A stretch of 64,000 nucleotides of DNA from Octopus vulgaris. Taxonomy: Eukaryota. Of this stretch, positions 54,248 to 64,000 are shown piece by piece. Under the pieces are notes generated by a model that ran no database searches, was not told the DNA's origin, and saw nothing but the letters and a program-made list of their open reading frames with translations. The stretch lies in NCBI GenBank assembly GCA_951406725.2, contig OX597814.1:143220001-143284000 (forward strand), given 5' to 3'. Position 1 is the first letter of the stretch, and the number at the start of each line of letters is the position of its first letter. The position numbers were made by a program, and so were the translations under genes.

Positions 54248-54403
54248 TAGGCGCAGGAGTGATATGTAGCTTCTTTACCAACCACATGGTTCCGGGTTCA
54301 GTTTCACTGCGTGGCACCTTCGGCAAGTGTCTTCTACTATTGCCTCGGACCGACCAAAGACTTGTGATTGGATTTGGTAGACGGAAACTGAAAGAAGCCC
54401 GTC

Positions 54404-54469
<66 letters not shown>

Positions 54470-54687
54470 GTATATATATGTGTGTATATGCTTGTGTGTT
54501 TGTGTTTGTGCCCCAACATCGCTTGACAACCGTTGCTGGTGTGTTTACGTCCCCGTAGCTTAGCGGTTCGGCAAAAGAAACTGATAGAATAAGCACTAGG
54601 CTTACAAAGAATAAGTTCTGGGGCTGATTTGCGCGACTAAGAGACGCTCCAGCATGGCTGCAGTCAAATGACTGAAACAAGTGAAAT

Positions 54688-54690
<3 letters not shown>
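54248..54690 (+). mobile_element. SINE family 1 copy
   Basis: TAGGCGCAGGAGTG head, GGTTCAGTTTC B-box, internal TA repeat, ACTGAAACAAG tail. Confidence 0.85.
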
Positions 54691-54736
<46 letters not shown>

Positions 54737-55602
54737 CCATTTCGATCGCACCTACAATACTCGTCTCCCTCCTTCTCATCCACGTTCTTGTTTTCGTCTC
54801 CCCCCCCTCTTAGTCATCATCATCTTTCTTCTTTTTCTTCTTTCTCCTCCCCTTCCTCCTCAGAACTCTTCAACTTCCCACCCCCCTTCTTATTCACTGT
54901 TGTTCTTTTTTTTCCTCCACCTCCTCACCTTCTTCCTCTTCGTTATTATTGTTGTTGTTGTTGTTCTTCTTCTTCTTCTTCAATTTCTTAAAACACTTAA
55001 CATGTTGGCTAAGGATTTTTAACAATAAATTCTTTTTTAAATACTTAGCATTGTGAATATATTTTTTTTCAAAATTATTACTATTTTAATCATAATAAAA
55101 CCTATGTTTCATATATATCTTGTCGTTTGTTCCTTCTCGAGCCATACCTATCTCATAGGGGCCGGTTTCCCGGTTTCCTTGGCGTATAGATTCCTCGCCT
55201 GGACGGGGCGCATGCTACTGAACAATTTGCCTCGCGTGAAACCAAGAATAAACAATGTAATAATCAAAATAAGCGCGTAGAAACTAACCTCATCTAATCG
55301 CCCTTGAAGTTGTAGATCACACATCAAAGTAGCACCGAAGATTGATTAAGGCAATTTCGCAAACTACGGAGAAGTTGGTAAATTTGACAAATTTGTAGGC
55401 CCACTACGTAGGTTTTATTCTTTTAGCTGTTTCATTCATTTGACTACGACCATGCTGGGGCAACGCCTTTATTCGAGCAAATCGATCCCACGACCTATTT
55501 TTCGTAAGCCCAGTACTTATTCTATCGGTCTCTTTTGCTGAAAGTTACGGGGACGTACACACACTAGCATCGGTTGTCAAGCGATGCGGTGGCGGGGGAG
55601 GC

Positions 55603-55654
<52 letters not shown>

Positions 55655-55783
55655 GATGGGCTTTTTTCAGTTTCCGTCTACCAAATCTATTTACAAGGCT
55701 TCGGTCGGCCGAGAAGATATTTGCCCAAGATGCCACGCAGTGGGACTGAACCCGGAACCATGTGGTTGGTTAGCAAGCTACTT

Positions 55784-57995
55784 TATTTCAAAACATTTGC
55801 CATAAAGGCAGTACACAGATTAAGTTAGCTTTGCGGGCTGGACGAGGACATTAATGAGGTGAATGATAATGAAAGAAAGATGATAAGGATGGGAGAAGAC
55901 AGAAAGCGCCCGCCGACTTTTGCTTCTCTAAAACATTGTTCTTTTTAAAAAAAGATTAACACAAAACGAGGTATTAAACCTCTTACAATTTTTCCAATAA
56001 AACGAGGTATTAATCCTCTTACAATTTTTCAATTTTTGGACTTAAGTCCATTACTAATAATACATATCGTCCTCGAAATAGCTTGTGCCCGCGCCCTCCA
56101 CCATCAACCACGCCTCCCTCAGAACGTAGTCAAGTTCCGAGTTCGCGTCGCCCGGGACCAAGTTATAGTCTTCATTGAGCTCCTTTAGCCCTAGCGTCAC
56201 GTCGAACGCCACGGCCTCCACAGCTACCTGCGGAGGCCATTCGGGGTCCTGTGTGAAGGCTAAAGGTGCTCCCTTGTAGTGCTCTTCCATCACTTTTTCA
56301 ATTTCTCCTCCTCTATAGAAGAGGACCAATACATTCAGTTCTTTCGTTGGCGGCACAGTTTCCGCCAACGGTATTCCTTCTCTTGTCGGTGGCACAACCC
56401 CAACCGACGTAGTTCCGCGACATTCCGGTGCCACACTGACAGCCGGCAACGTCCCGTTTTTCTTCCTCTTTTTCTTTTTTTTTCCCTTTTCAACTGAGGG
56501 AGGGTGCGTCTCCTCCGTGGCTGGAAGATTCGCCCTCCTCTCCTCGTCCCTATTATCCTTTGGTGAGCACCCATTGTTGCTCACCTTCCTCTTTCGGCCT
56601 CTGCTTGAGGAGTCCTCTGCTTTCTCGGCCGTTATCGTTCCCTCTTCTAGAGGGGTTTTACTTAACTGTTCCGGGATCCTATTTTGTTCCCGAGGACAGT
56701 TCTTCTTTATGTGGCCGGACTCCAAGCACCGATGACACTTAGGGGGGCGACCCTCAAGCATCACCGGGTACCTGCACCCGGCCATTTTCAAAAAATCTGG
56801 AAAAACCAGATTGGCTGATTGGGTCCACAGGGTCAAAACTGCTTTCGAGCCAACCCAAGCAGCCGCAGGAAGAACTTTTACATTGAGGAGCTTAGTTTCG
56901 CTGTCACCCAGACCCCGGCGGATAGTGTCCTCTATCCACTCGGGTTCTATGTCGGGTGGCAGTCCGCAGATCCAAGCTTTCATTAATTTCTTTTTTTTGT
57001 AAGTGGGCAGGAATAAGATTTCCTTACCCTCCAAGGGTTCGCTAGCAAATTTGCAAGCCTCTTCAGGGGTGTCAAACAGCAACCACACCGTTCCATATTT
57101 GACACCCCTGGAAATGAATTTAATTGTTGGCAAATACTCCTCCAACTCCTCCTCAATTGCCGTCTTTTCGAATAGGGCGATGGTGTCAAGTGCCTTGGAG
57201 TAGGTTCTCAACACCACCGTCCTATCTTCACGGTCCTTCAACCACTTTTTGGGTGGTATGATTTCCCACTCCAAAACTTTGTTATTTTTCATTGCCATGT
57301 TTTTTAAAAAATATATTCAAATTAGACTCAAAAGCAGGAAGAAAAAAGTTCAAAAGTCTAAATAAATTTGATAGGTTTTTGAAAAAACAAAAAGGAGAAA
57401 GCACAACAGAAGGGAAGAAATTTACGGAAAGTCGCAATAAAGAAAAAACAAAAGGGGGGGGGGTAAATGAAGTTCAAAAGAAAGTTAATAAACAGAAAAA
57501 ACACAGCAAAAATATTCTGCGGTACTCCCGGCCTGGGTTGAACCTGGAACTCCGCAACTGCAACACAACCTCCACAAAAATGGGTCCGAAAGGTAATCCA
57601 ATAGTGGCTTATTTTTATACTTTTCTTGCGAAGTACTCTGACAAGGGAATAAATTCAGCAAACTCAAACACAGCACTGGTTACTGCCAACGGTAATTTTA
57701 ACAGTAACTGTATTGAATCCTGAGTATACGCCCCTCCACTGTTTTTTCTTTTTTTTTTTTTTTTTTCAATGAACACAAAAACGGCAGCCGCCTAGCGCAG
57801 GCGAAATTGTCTCAGAGTTGGACACAACCTACTGAAATAATAATTGGCACGCAATAAATTATGCCCAACTCACAATAAACAAAATCACTTACCTCGACAA
57901 CTTTCCGTTTTTGGTCTTTTTTCTTTAGTTGGACAGAGCTTGTTACTCGCGTCCGCTCTAGCTCAACAAGAAGCAACCGACTAACTGCGCATGTC
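55784..57995 (-). mobile_element. Element A: ORF1-only (non-autonomous) site-specific non-LTR retroelement
   Basis: 17-bp TSD TGGTTAGCAAGCTACTT (55767-55783 and 57996-58012); single ORF; structured 3' UTR; no RT, LTR or TIR. Confidence 0.85.
56054..57298 (-). CDS. ORF1/Gag-like nucleic-acid-binding protein, 414 aa (RRM-like region plus CCHC zinc knuckle; Tx1/L1-group-like)
   Basis: Uninterrupted GC-rich ORF; AAAAAC-ATG-G start; FPDFLKMAGCRYPVMLEGRPPKCHRCLESGHIKKNCP (CX2CX4HX4C at 56696-56737); basic NLS-like tracts; homolog next door. Confidence 0.9.
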   Translation of the reverse strand: MAMKNNKVLEWEIIPPKKWLKDREDRTVVLRTYSKALDTIALFEKTAIEEELEEYLPTIKFISRGVKYGTVWLLFDTPEEACKFASEPLEGKEILFLPTYKKKKLMKAWICGLPPDIEPEWIEDTIRRGLGDSETKLLNVKVLPAAAWVGSKAVLTLWTQSANLVFPDFLKMAGCRYPVMLEGRPPKCHRCLESGHIKKNCPREQNRIPEQLSKTPLEEGTITAEKAEDSSSRGRKRKVSNNGCSPKDNRDEERRANLPATEETHPPSVEKGKKKKKRKKNGTLPAVSVAPECRGTTSVGVVPPTREGIPLAETVPPTKELNVLVLFYRGGEIEKVMEEHYKGAPLAFTQDPEWPPQVAVEAVAFDVTLGLKELNEDYNLVPGDANSELDYVLREAWLMVEGAGTSYFEDDMYY

Positions 57996-58012
57996 TGGTT
58001 AGCAAGCTACTT

Positions 58013-59973
58013 TATTTTATATAATTTGCCACTAGGGCAGCACACAGAGTAGTAGCTACGGGCTGGACAAGGACATTAATGGATGATGGTGGTGGTGGAT
58101 GAAGATGGTGATGGGAGAAGTCGAAAGCGCCCGCCGACTTTCGCTTCTCTAAAACAATGTTTCAATAAATACATTTAATAAAATGTTCAAAAATTGTTCA
58201 ACAATTCTTCTCGTCAGGTCCCCGAAGCAAATTGTCTTGCCGCCTGCAGACAACTCTGCGACGACAAGTCGGGGCCTGCAAAGAGAAAGGTAAAGTCTTT
58301 CTTTTCAAAGGTCTCTGCGACCCTTGACAAAGTATCTTCTGTTACTTTTTCCGCAGCTACCTGCGGAGGCCATAACGGACTCCTTGAGCCGACCGTGTCC
58401 TTACGCTCTCGGTCACCCAAGCCATTCAAGAATCTTTCAACCTCCTCTCCCTTGTGGTAAAGGAGGAGAAGCATCTCCTCTTCACAGGGAGGGACCTCAC
58501 ACTGCTCCGTCGGTGGCACACTTCCCACTGGCGGAGCCTTGTCCGCGGGTGGCACACATCCCACCCGCGGCTCCGTCGGCGACACAGAAACGTCAGTCGT
58601 CCGACCTCTCCTTTTTCTCCTCCTTCTTTTGGGGGAGACTGCTGACCCAGGGGACTCCGTCACCAGACACGGGGGATTGCTATCCCCCTTCGCCCCCTGA
58701 GCGTTCTTTGGCGGGCAACCATTGTTGCTCGCCTTTCTCTTTCTTTTCGTGGAGGCAACCTCCTCCACGACTTCCATCGTCTCCCCCTCCAATGAGGGGG
58801 CGGCGGGCGCCTTTTCCCCTCTCTGCTCCGGGGCACCACTACGGCCTCTGGGACAATTCTTCCTGATATGTCCGGGCTTCAGGCACAGGTGACACTTGGG
58901 GGGGCGACCCTCGAGTATCACCGGGTACCTGTGCCCAGCCATTCTCAGGAAGTCCGGGAATTTCATTTCCCCCACGGCTATCGGTGTCCACAGGGTCAAA
59001 GTTGCCCTCGACCCCTGCCAGGCGACCGCGGGAGCCACCTTCACACTCAGCAGTCTGGGTCCGCTATCCCCCAGGCCTCGCCGGATGGTCTTCTCGATCC
59101 ATTCCGCCTCCGTGCCCGGGGGCAGCCCACACACCCAGGCTCTTTTCACTTTTCTGCCACAATACGAGGGGAGGAACAAAATTTCCTCTCCCTCCAGTGG
59201 CTCGCTAGCAAATCTGCTAGCTTCCTCGGGGGTACCAAACAGCAACCAGACCGTTGCAAATTTACTCCCCCGAGAAATAAATTTTATAGTTGGCAGGTAG
59301 TCCCCCAACTCTTTCTCTATAGTATTCTTGTCGAAGAGGGCAATGGCTCCACGCGACCTAGAATAGGTTCGTAGGACCACCGTCCTCTTCTCAAGACTTT
59401 CAATCCACTGCTTGGGTGGGACGACCTCCCATTCCAAAGCGGTGGTTTCTTTTGTCGCCATGTTTTTTTTGTTTTTTTTTTAAATAAATGTATTTAGAAT
59501 AAAACTAAAAAACGAGAAGAAAAAGAAATCCGAAGAATGTCACAATGAAAAACGGAGAGAGTCAAATAAAGTTGAAAAGAAAGTCAAATAAAGTTAAAAA
59601 GAAAGTCAAAAACACAGCAAAATCCTTTTGGCCATTTGGTACTCCCGGCCTAAATCGAACCAGGATCGCACAACTTCCACAAAAATTGGTAGTTCTTCAC
59701 AGCACCATACAATTTTCACAATTCGAAGACGGATACGCCCCCCCAAATTTTCTCAGCGAGAAAAATATATCTGCCACATGTCGGCAGAATCAGAATTCTG
59801 AATCCAGTAGGACTTCCTGCATGTAAAACATAATTCTCAACAAAAACTCCCACTGGACCCAGAAAACAGAATCTCACCTTACATGGGGCTTCCAAAGTTT
59901 CAATTCAAGACGGCTTCAAAAGCACATCTTCACTGCTTCAGTAGCAAACACAACACTGACTCGCACATGCGCA
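58013..59973 (-). mobile_element. Element B: ORF1-only (non-autonomous) site-specific non-LTR retroelement
   Basis: 15-bp TSD GTTAGCAAGCTACTT (57998-58012 and 59974-59988); same layout as element A. Confidence 0.85.
58214..59461 (-). CDS. ORF1/Gag-like nucleic-acid-binding protein, 415 aa (homolog of 56054-57298)
   Basis: Intact ORF; GRPPKCHLCLKPGHIRKNCP knuckle at 58853-58894; about 68 of the first 100 residues identical to element A protein by manual alignment. Confidence 0.9.
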   Translation of the reverse strand: MATKETTALEWEVVPPKQWIESLEKRTVVLRTYSRSRGAIALFDKNTIEKELGDYLPTIKFISRGSKFATVWLLFGTPEEASRFASEPLEGEEILFLPSYCGRKVKRAWVCGLPPGTEAEWIEKTIRRGLGDSGPRLLSVKVAPAVAWQGSRATLTLWTPIAVGEMKFPDFLRMAGHRYPVILEGRPPKCHLCLKPGHIRKNCPRGRSGAPEQRGEKAPAAPSLEGETMEVVEEVASTKRKRKASNNGCPPKNAQGAKGDSNPPCLVTESPGSAVSPKRRRRKRRGRTTDVSVSPTEPRVGCVPPADKAPPVGSVPPTEQCEVPPCEEEMLLLLYHKGEEVERFLNGLGDRERKDTVGSRSPLWPPQVAAEKVTEDTLSRVAETFEKKDFTFLFAGPDLSSQSCLQAARQFASGT

Positions 59974-62414
59974 GTTAGCAAGCTACTTACCACACAGCCA
60001 CTCCTGCGCCTATGTACATGATTTTGAAAAAACTATTCAGTTTTAAGTCAGCTCTGATAAAGCACTCCTCTGATTAAAGGCCTGCCAACTATGAAGCCCT
60101 GATGTTTCTGTTCAGATTCAGCGCACCTCATTTTACTTTATCCTATCCCTTCCCTTTTTTTAAGCCGGCAAGTTATAACTTCAGAGAAATTATGCTGCTA
60201 TTTCTTACAGATCAATTGATCTCGCAGAGGCTTCCTCATTGGTTTGAGATCGATAGACAAATGCAAATTTCAGTGTTCATATATCTCCTAAATCATTTTG
60301 ACGATCATCAAATTCTCTCGTCCGTTCTAATCCTTTCCTTATCTGAACTGATAACGACTAACATCATTAACATTTAAATCATTTGTCTTGTAGTCTTCAT
60401 TATAGAAGCATATGATAAATGTTTCTTAAGTGTCTATTGAATATGCTATGCTCGAATTAGCAACAGTTACCATGTCTATTATGAAACAAACTATCCACGC
60501 CTTCACTACATTGCCGATTCTTAATTTAAATTAATCAAAACTTTGGTTGCGTAGACGCATTTCAAAGTTATTTTTCATTTTGATTTTGAGTTGTCTCCCT
60601 TGCCATTGTTTGGTTCATTTAGTAACCTCCTACACGATACAGTTTGTAATCTTTATCAGTGAAGGTTATTGTGCTCCTCACATTCAGTGTGTTTTCACAG
60701 ATACTTCACTAGATTCCGTTAAAGTATAGATTTTCGCAGTAAGCAACGTTTGCAGAAATTTATAAACCACATTAGAAAAGCTTATGAACTTGAGAAACAT
60801 GAAATAAAAACTGACACGGATCTCTCCCCAAGGATTATTGGAAAATACTACGTAACACAATAACAAATTTAAAATGTAGAAAATAAACCTTTTAACTGAG
60901 AAGGTTGAACATTGGGACATGAAATGGAAAACATAGACACTGTAGGGAATAAATCCCGTTATAATCCTGGAATGAAGTGCCAACAAATTTAGGAAGGGAA
61001 CTCTATTCCATTCAAAAGCAAGTAATTACTATAAATTAGCGATTGCACAGAAGACAGAAAGCGTTATCAGACAATAGATGTAAACGTAAAACAAAAATGG
61101 AGTCTGAAAAATATTTGCTGCGTCATTACTAAGTGTAAAGGAAAAGATCCATGAAATAGTTTCTCAGTGAAGAGATGTTGTAGCTAGCCAAAAGCTATCG
61201 TAAGAATAAATTCACAACAACCACATCAGACAGACATAACAGAATCAACAGATTAAAAGAATATACTGTAGTTAATGGCATTATAATAATCACACTTTCC
61301 CTCTAAAATGTCTCAAAATTTCACCCGGGTCCTATGTGCGAAGTTGGGCTTTCCATAAACTGTTTTAGTGCACTAAAAATGTTTTATCCAGAATATACAC
61401 TGCTGAAACTGAGATGCGTCTTGTATGCCCGTGCGACTCTCATGTCGTCGAATACGGTAGGTAGAAGCAAAAAGAAAGGAAAACACAATTGATAAAATAT
61501 TGTTTAGGGAGAATAGGAAAAATAGGAATGCAAAAGTGCTCTGCTGAGGCAGTCAGTGACCCATTTGAGAATACCAATGCGGTTTTCAAATATTGCTAGA
61601 AAAAGGAAACCCCTAATCATAACCGATTAAGCTTTTATAAATCCAATAACGAGATGCAGTCCTATCTTTATAACGATTTTCTTTGGACCTAAAGGGTATG
61701 TAATAAACCGCATGGTTAGATCAAATTATGGTAGAGCTAGAATTCGCGATTAAAGAACCATGGATCTAGAATTCATGGGTTAGAGATTATCACTATATTC
61801 AGGATAATGGAAAATTTTAAGATCTTAGAGTTTAAAAGTTAACTGGATAGTCAAAAATGGACGAAAAGGAGAAGAAAGAAGCATCGTTTTTTTGTTTTCT
61901 CTTGTTTATTTTTTCTTTGCAATATTGCCATTATGATGGCCAAAGGGTTGGTTAAAAGATCAATAAAATCCAATCACAAAGTGAACCATACATTTTAGGT
62001 GTGAATGCGTATATCTCTTCTTTTCCTTCTGTCTGTTAGTCTGCTCTTCTCTCTCTCTCCCTCTCTCTCTCTCTCTCTCCCTCTCTCTCTCCCTCTCTCT
62101 CTCTCTCTCTGTTTGTTTGTCACTCACTCCTGTATGTATCGATGGTTTGTATGTATATCATTATTCAATTTTATTTCAAGATTTCTAGCCTATAGAGAAA
62201 GAGCCGATTTTTAACCTAGATCCCAGACTCCTTCATTGAAATTTCAACATCAGCAGACTTGTATGTTTTGTTTGTGTATGTATTTTTATGTTTTGTTTGT
62301 GTATGACATTCTCATATATACCTAAATGATAAAATTCTGGAAAGTTTTACAGACTTTTACAGTTCCACTGATGGCGTGAATCAGTAGTCTTCGAATCAGC
62401 TTTCGCCTTTCCCC

Positions 62415-62447
62415 TATGTATGTATGTATATATGTATGTATGAATGA

Positions 62448-62478
<31 letters not shown>

Positions 62479-62572
62479 TGTATGTATGTATGTATGTATG
62501 TATGTATGTATGAATGAATGAATGTATGTATGTATGTATGTATGTATGTATGTATGTATGTATGTATGTATG
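62415..62572. repeat. (TATG)n microsatellite
   Basis: Visible directly. Confidence 0.95.
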
Positions 62573-63545
62573 TTTGGATTCATAGCTCGAATCCATTCGA
62601 GTTCGGACTATTACCCTTCTAGGTATGATAAGTGCATCGCGCTACGCTTGTAAGTTTCATTTTGGCTGGATTCTCTCTGTAGCAGTAAGCACTTTACTGG
62701 TTGTGTTGGGAATATTTCATCGTGGCCCCAGTAGCGTATACATTGTCATGTACTCGAGAAGTCAAGATAAAAGGATGCTACTATACCTACGATGTCTTTT
62801 CTCATTCTTCAACTACATCACAAAGTATCTAAGATGCTTTAAAGGCTATCTAGTCGATAATACAAAACTAGAGGGTCTTTTCGAAACCTATGATGTTTCT
62901 GCTCAATTGCCAACCTCGTTACAGAGTGCAATGGGTACGTTTGATGATGGTTCAAGTGCTAATGAGGTTGCTTGAACCCAGTAGAGCAGAAGAGATACTC
63001 ATTCTTTCTCCTTGTCCCTGTTCGTTCAGTGTAAGATGACTAAAGGAGCAGGCAGTTCGGAAGATAATCGTAAGTGGAAGAAAACAGGATACGAGGGTGA
63101 AACTGATTGACTGGAATAATAGTGTGGAAGAAGAGGGGTACATGGGAGAGAGAGAGTATTAGAAGAGTAATGATGAGAGAAGTAAAGGCAAGCTGTAGAG
63201 ATACTATGTCAGTACATATATGCAGGTAATAGAGAGGAAATTGATGGATAGTCGTACAAACAGATAGTGGTGAGAGAGAGAGTGATTGATGTCAACAACG
63301 AGTGACCTTGAGGAGAAGGAATGGCATTTAGCAGTACATAAGGAGGTTATAGTTGTGTTAACTAGAAAGAGAGATCATTAGTAATGGATAGCCGGGATAG
63401 CGATGGAAAATTAATGATAAATGCTAATAAGAGAGTGAGCTGAAAAAGAGGGAATGATAGAGAGCAGGAAGGAGGGAGTGAGGCTAACTGGAGAAGCTTA
63501 TCAGATATTAATAGATCCTGTGCAGTCACTAATTTCTCAGGTAAC

Positions 63546-64000
63546 TATTTCTTTACTACCCACAAGGGGCTAAACACAGGGAGGACAAACAAGGGCCGAC
63601 AAACGGATTAAGTCGATTATATCGACCCCAGTACGTAACTGGTACTTATTTAATCGACCCCGAAAGGATGAAAGGCAAATTCGACCTCGGTGGAATTTGA
63701 ACTCAGAACGTAACCGTAGACGAAATACCTATTTCTTTACTACCCACAAGGGGATAAACACAGAGAGGACAAACAAGGACAGACAGACGGATTAAGTCGA
63801 TTACATCGACCCCAGTGCGTAACTGGTACTTATTTAATCGACCCCGAAAGGATGAAAGGCAAAGTCGACCTCGGCGGAATTTGAACTCAGAACGTAGCGA
63901 CAGACGAAATACGGCTACACATTTCGCCCGGCGTGCTAACGTTTCTGCCAGCTCGCCGCCTTTTGTGACCGTAGACGAAATACCTATTTCTTTATTACCC
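63546..64000 (-). mobile_element. Tandem array of SINE family 2 (runs off the window end)
   Basis: Two tail-bearing units plus head, and the start of a third tail at ~63984. Confidence 0.88.

Larger units (their letters stand above)
55415..60013 (-). mobile_element. SINE family 1 copy split by the two ORF1-only elements
   Basis: Body and tail at 55415-55783 and the head 5' end (ACCACACAGCCACTCCTGCGCCTAT) at 59989-60013 rejoin into the sequence seen at 9065-9145. Confidence 0.92.

Noticed and set aside
55835-55880. CTGGACGA...GAAA as a hammerhead in the element A 3' UTR
   Set aside because: Core is not CUGANGA, lies antisense to the ORF, has no stem II and is not kept in element B
58194-59374. 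Plus-strand ORFs overlapping the element ORFs (also 56279-57203)
   Set aside because: Antisense shadows of GC-rich coding sequence; not continuous or conserved in length between A and B
55784-59973. LTR retrotransposon gag or domesticated host gene pair
   Set aside because: No LTRs, PBS or PPT on the sense strand; 15-17-bp TSDs inside a SINE and shared 3' tails indicate non-LTR insertions
57981-59978. 14-bp perfect inverted repeat CTAACTGCGCATGT / ACATGCGCAGTTAG as TIRs of a DNA transposon
   Set aside because: The left copy lies within element A and the right overlaps the TSD; explained by a near-palindromic 5' motif plus target bases; no transposase and boundaries conflict with the TSDs

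Overview
AT-rich, repeat-saturated animal DNA. It is most likely from an octopus or other cephalopod, inferred from the microsatellite load and tRNA-derived SINE repertoire. No host gene can be called with confidence. Most of the window is compound microsatellites, at least four SINE families, and decayed mobile elements: LINEs (RTE, CR1-like, R4/Dong-like, HERO-like), Tc1/mariner/maT fragments, MITEs and a decayed Helitron. The main signal is at 55.77-59.99 kb. Two related but diverged ~2 kb elements (A and B) each carry one intact ~415-aa ORF1/Gag-like gene (RRM-like region plus CCHC knuckle) and no reverse transcriptase. Both sit in tandem at the same nucleotide of one tRNA-derived SINE, with the target GTTAGCAAGCTACTT present three times. 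Their 3' terminal motifs are shared with a young tandem-forming SINE, one array of which occupies the equivalent site at 5.78 kb. This suggests a layered, SINE-targeting retroelement system whose autonomous helper is not in this window. A second notable item is a tRNA-headed SINE carrying a minimal hammerhead ribozyme (51.4-52.3 kb and 23.9 kb). All calls were made by eye; no database searches were run.
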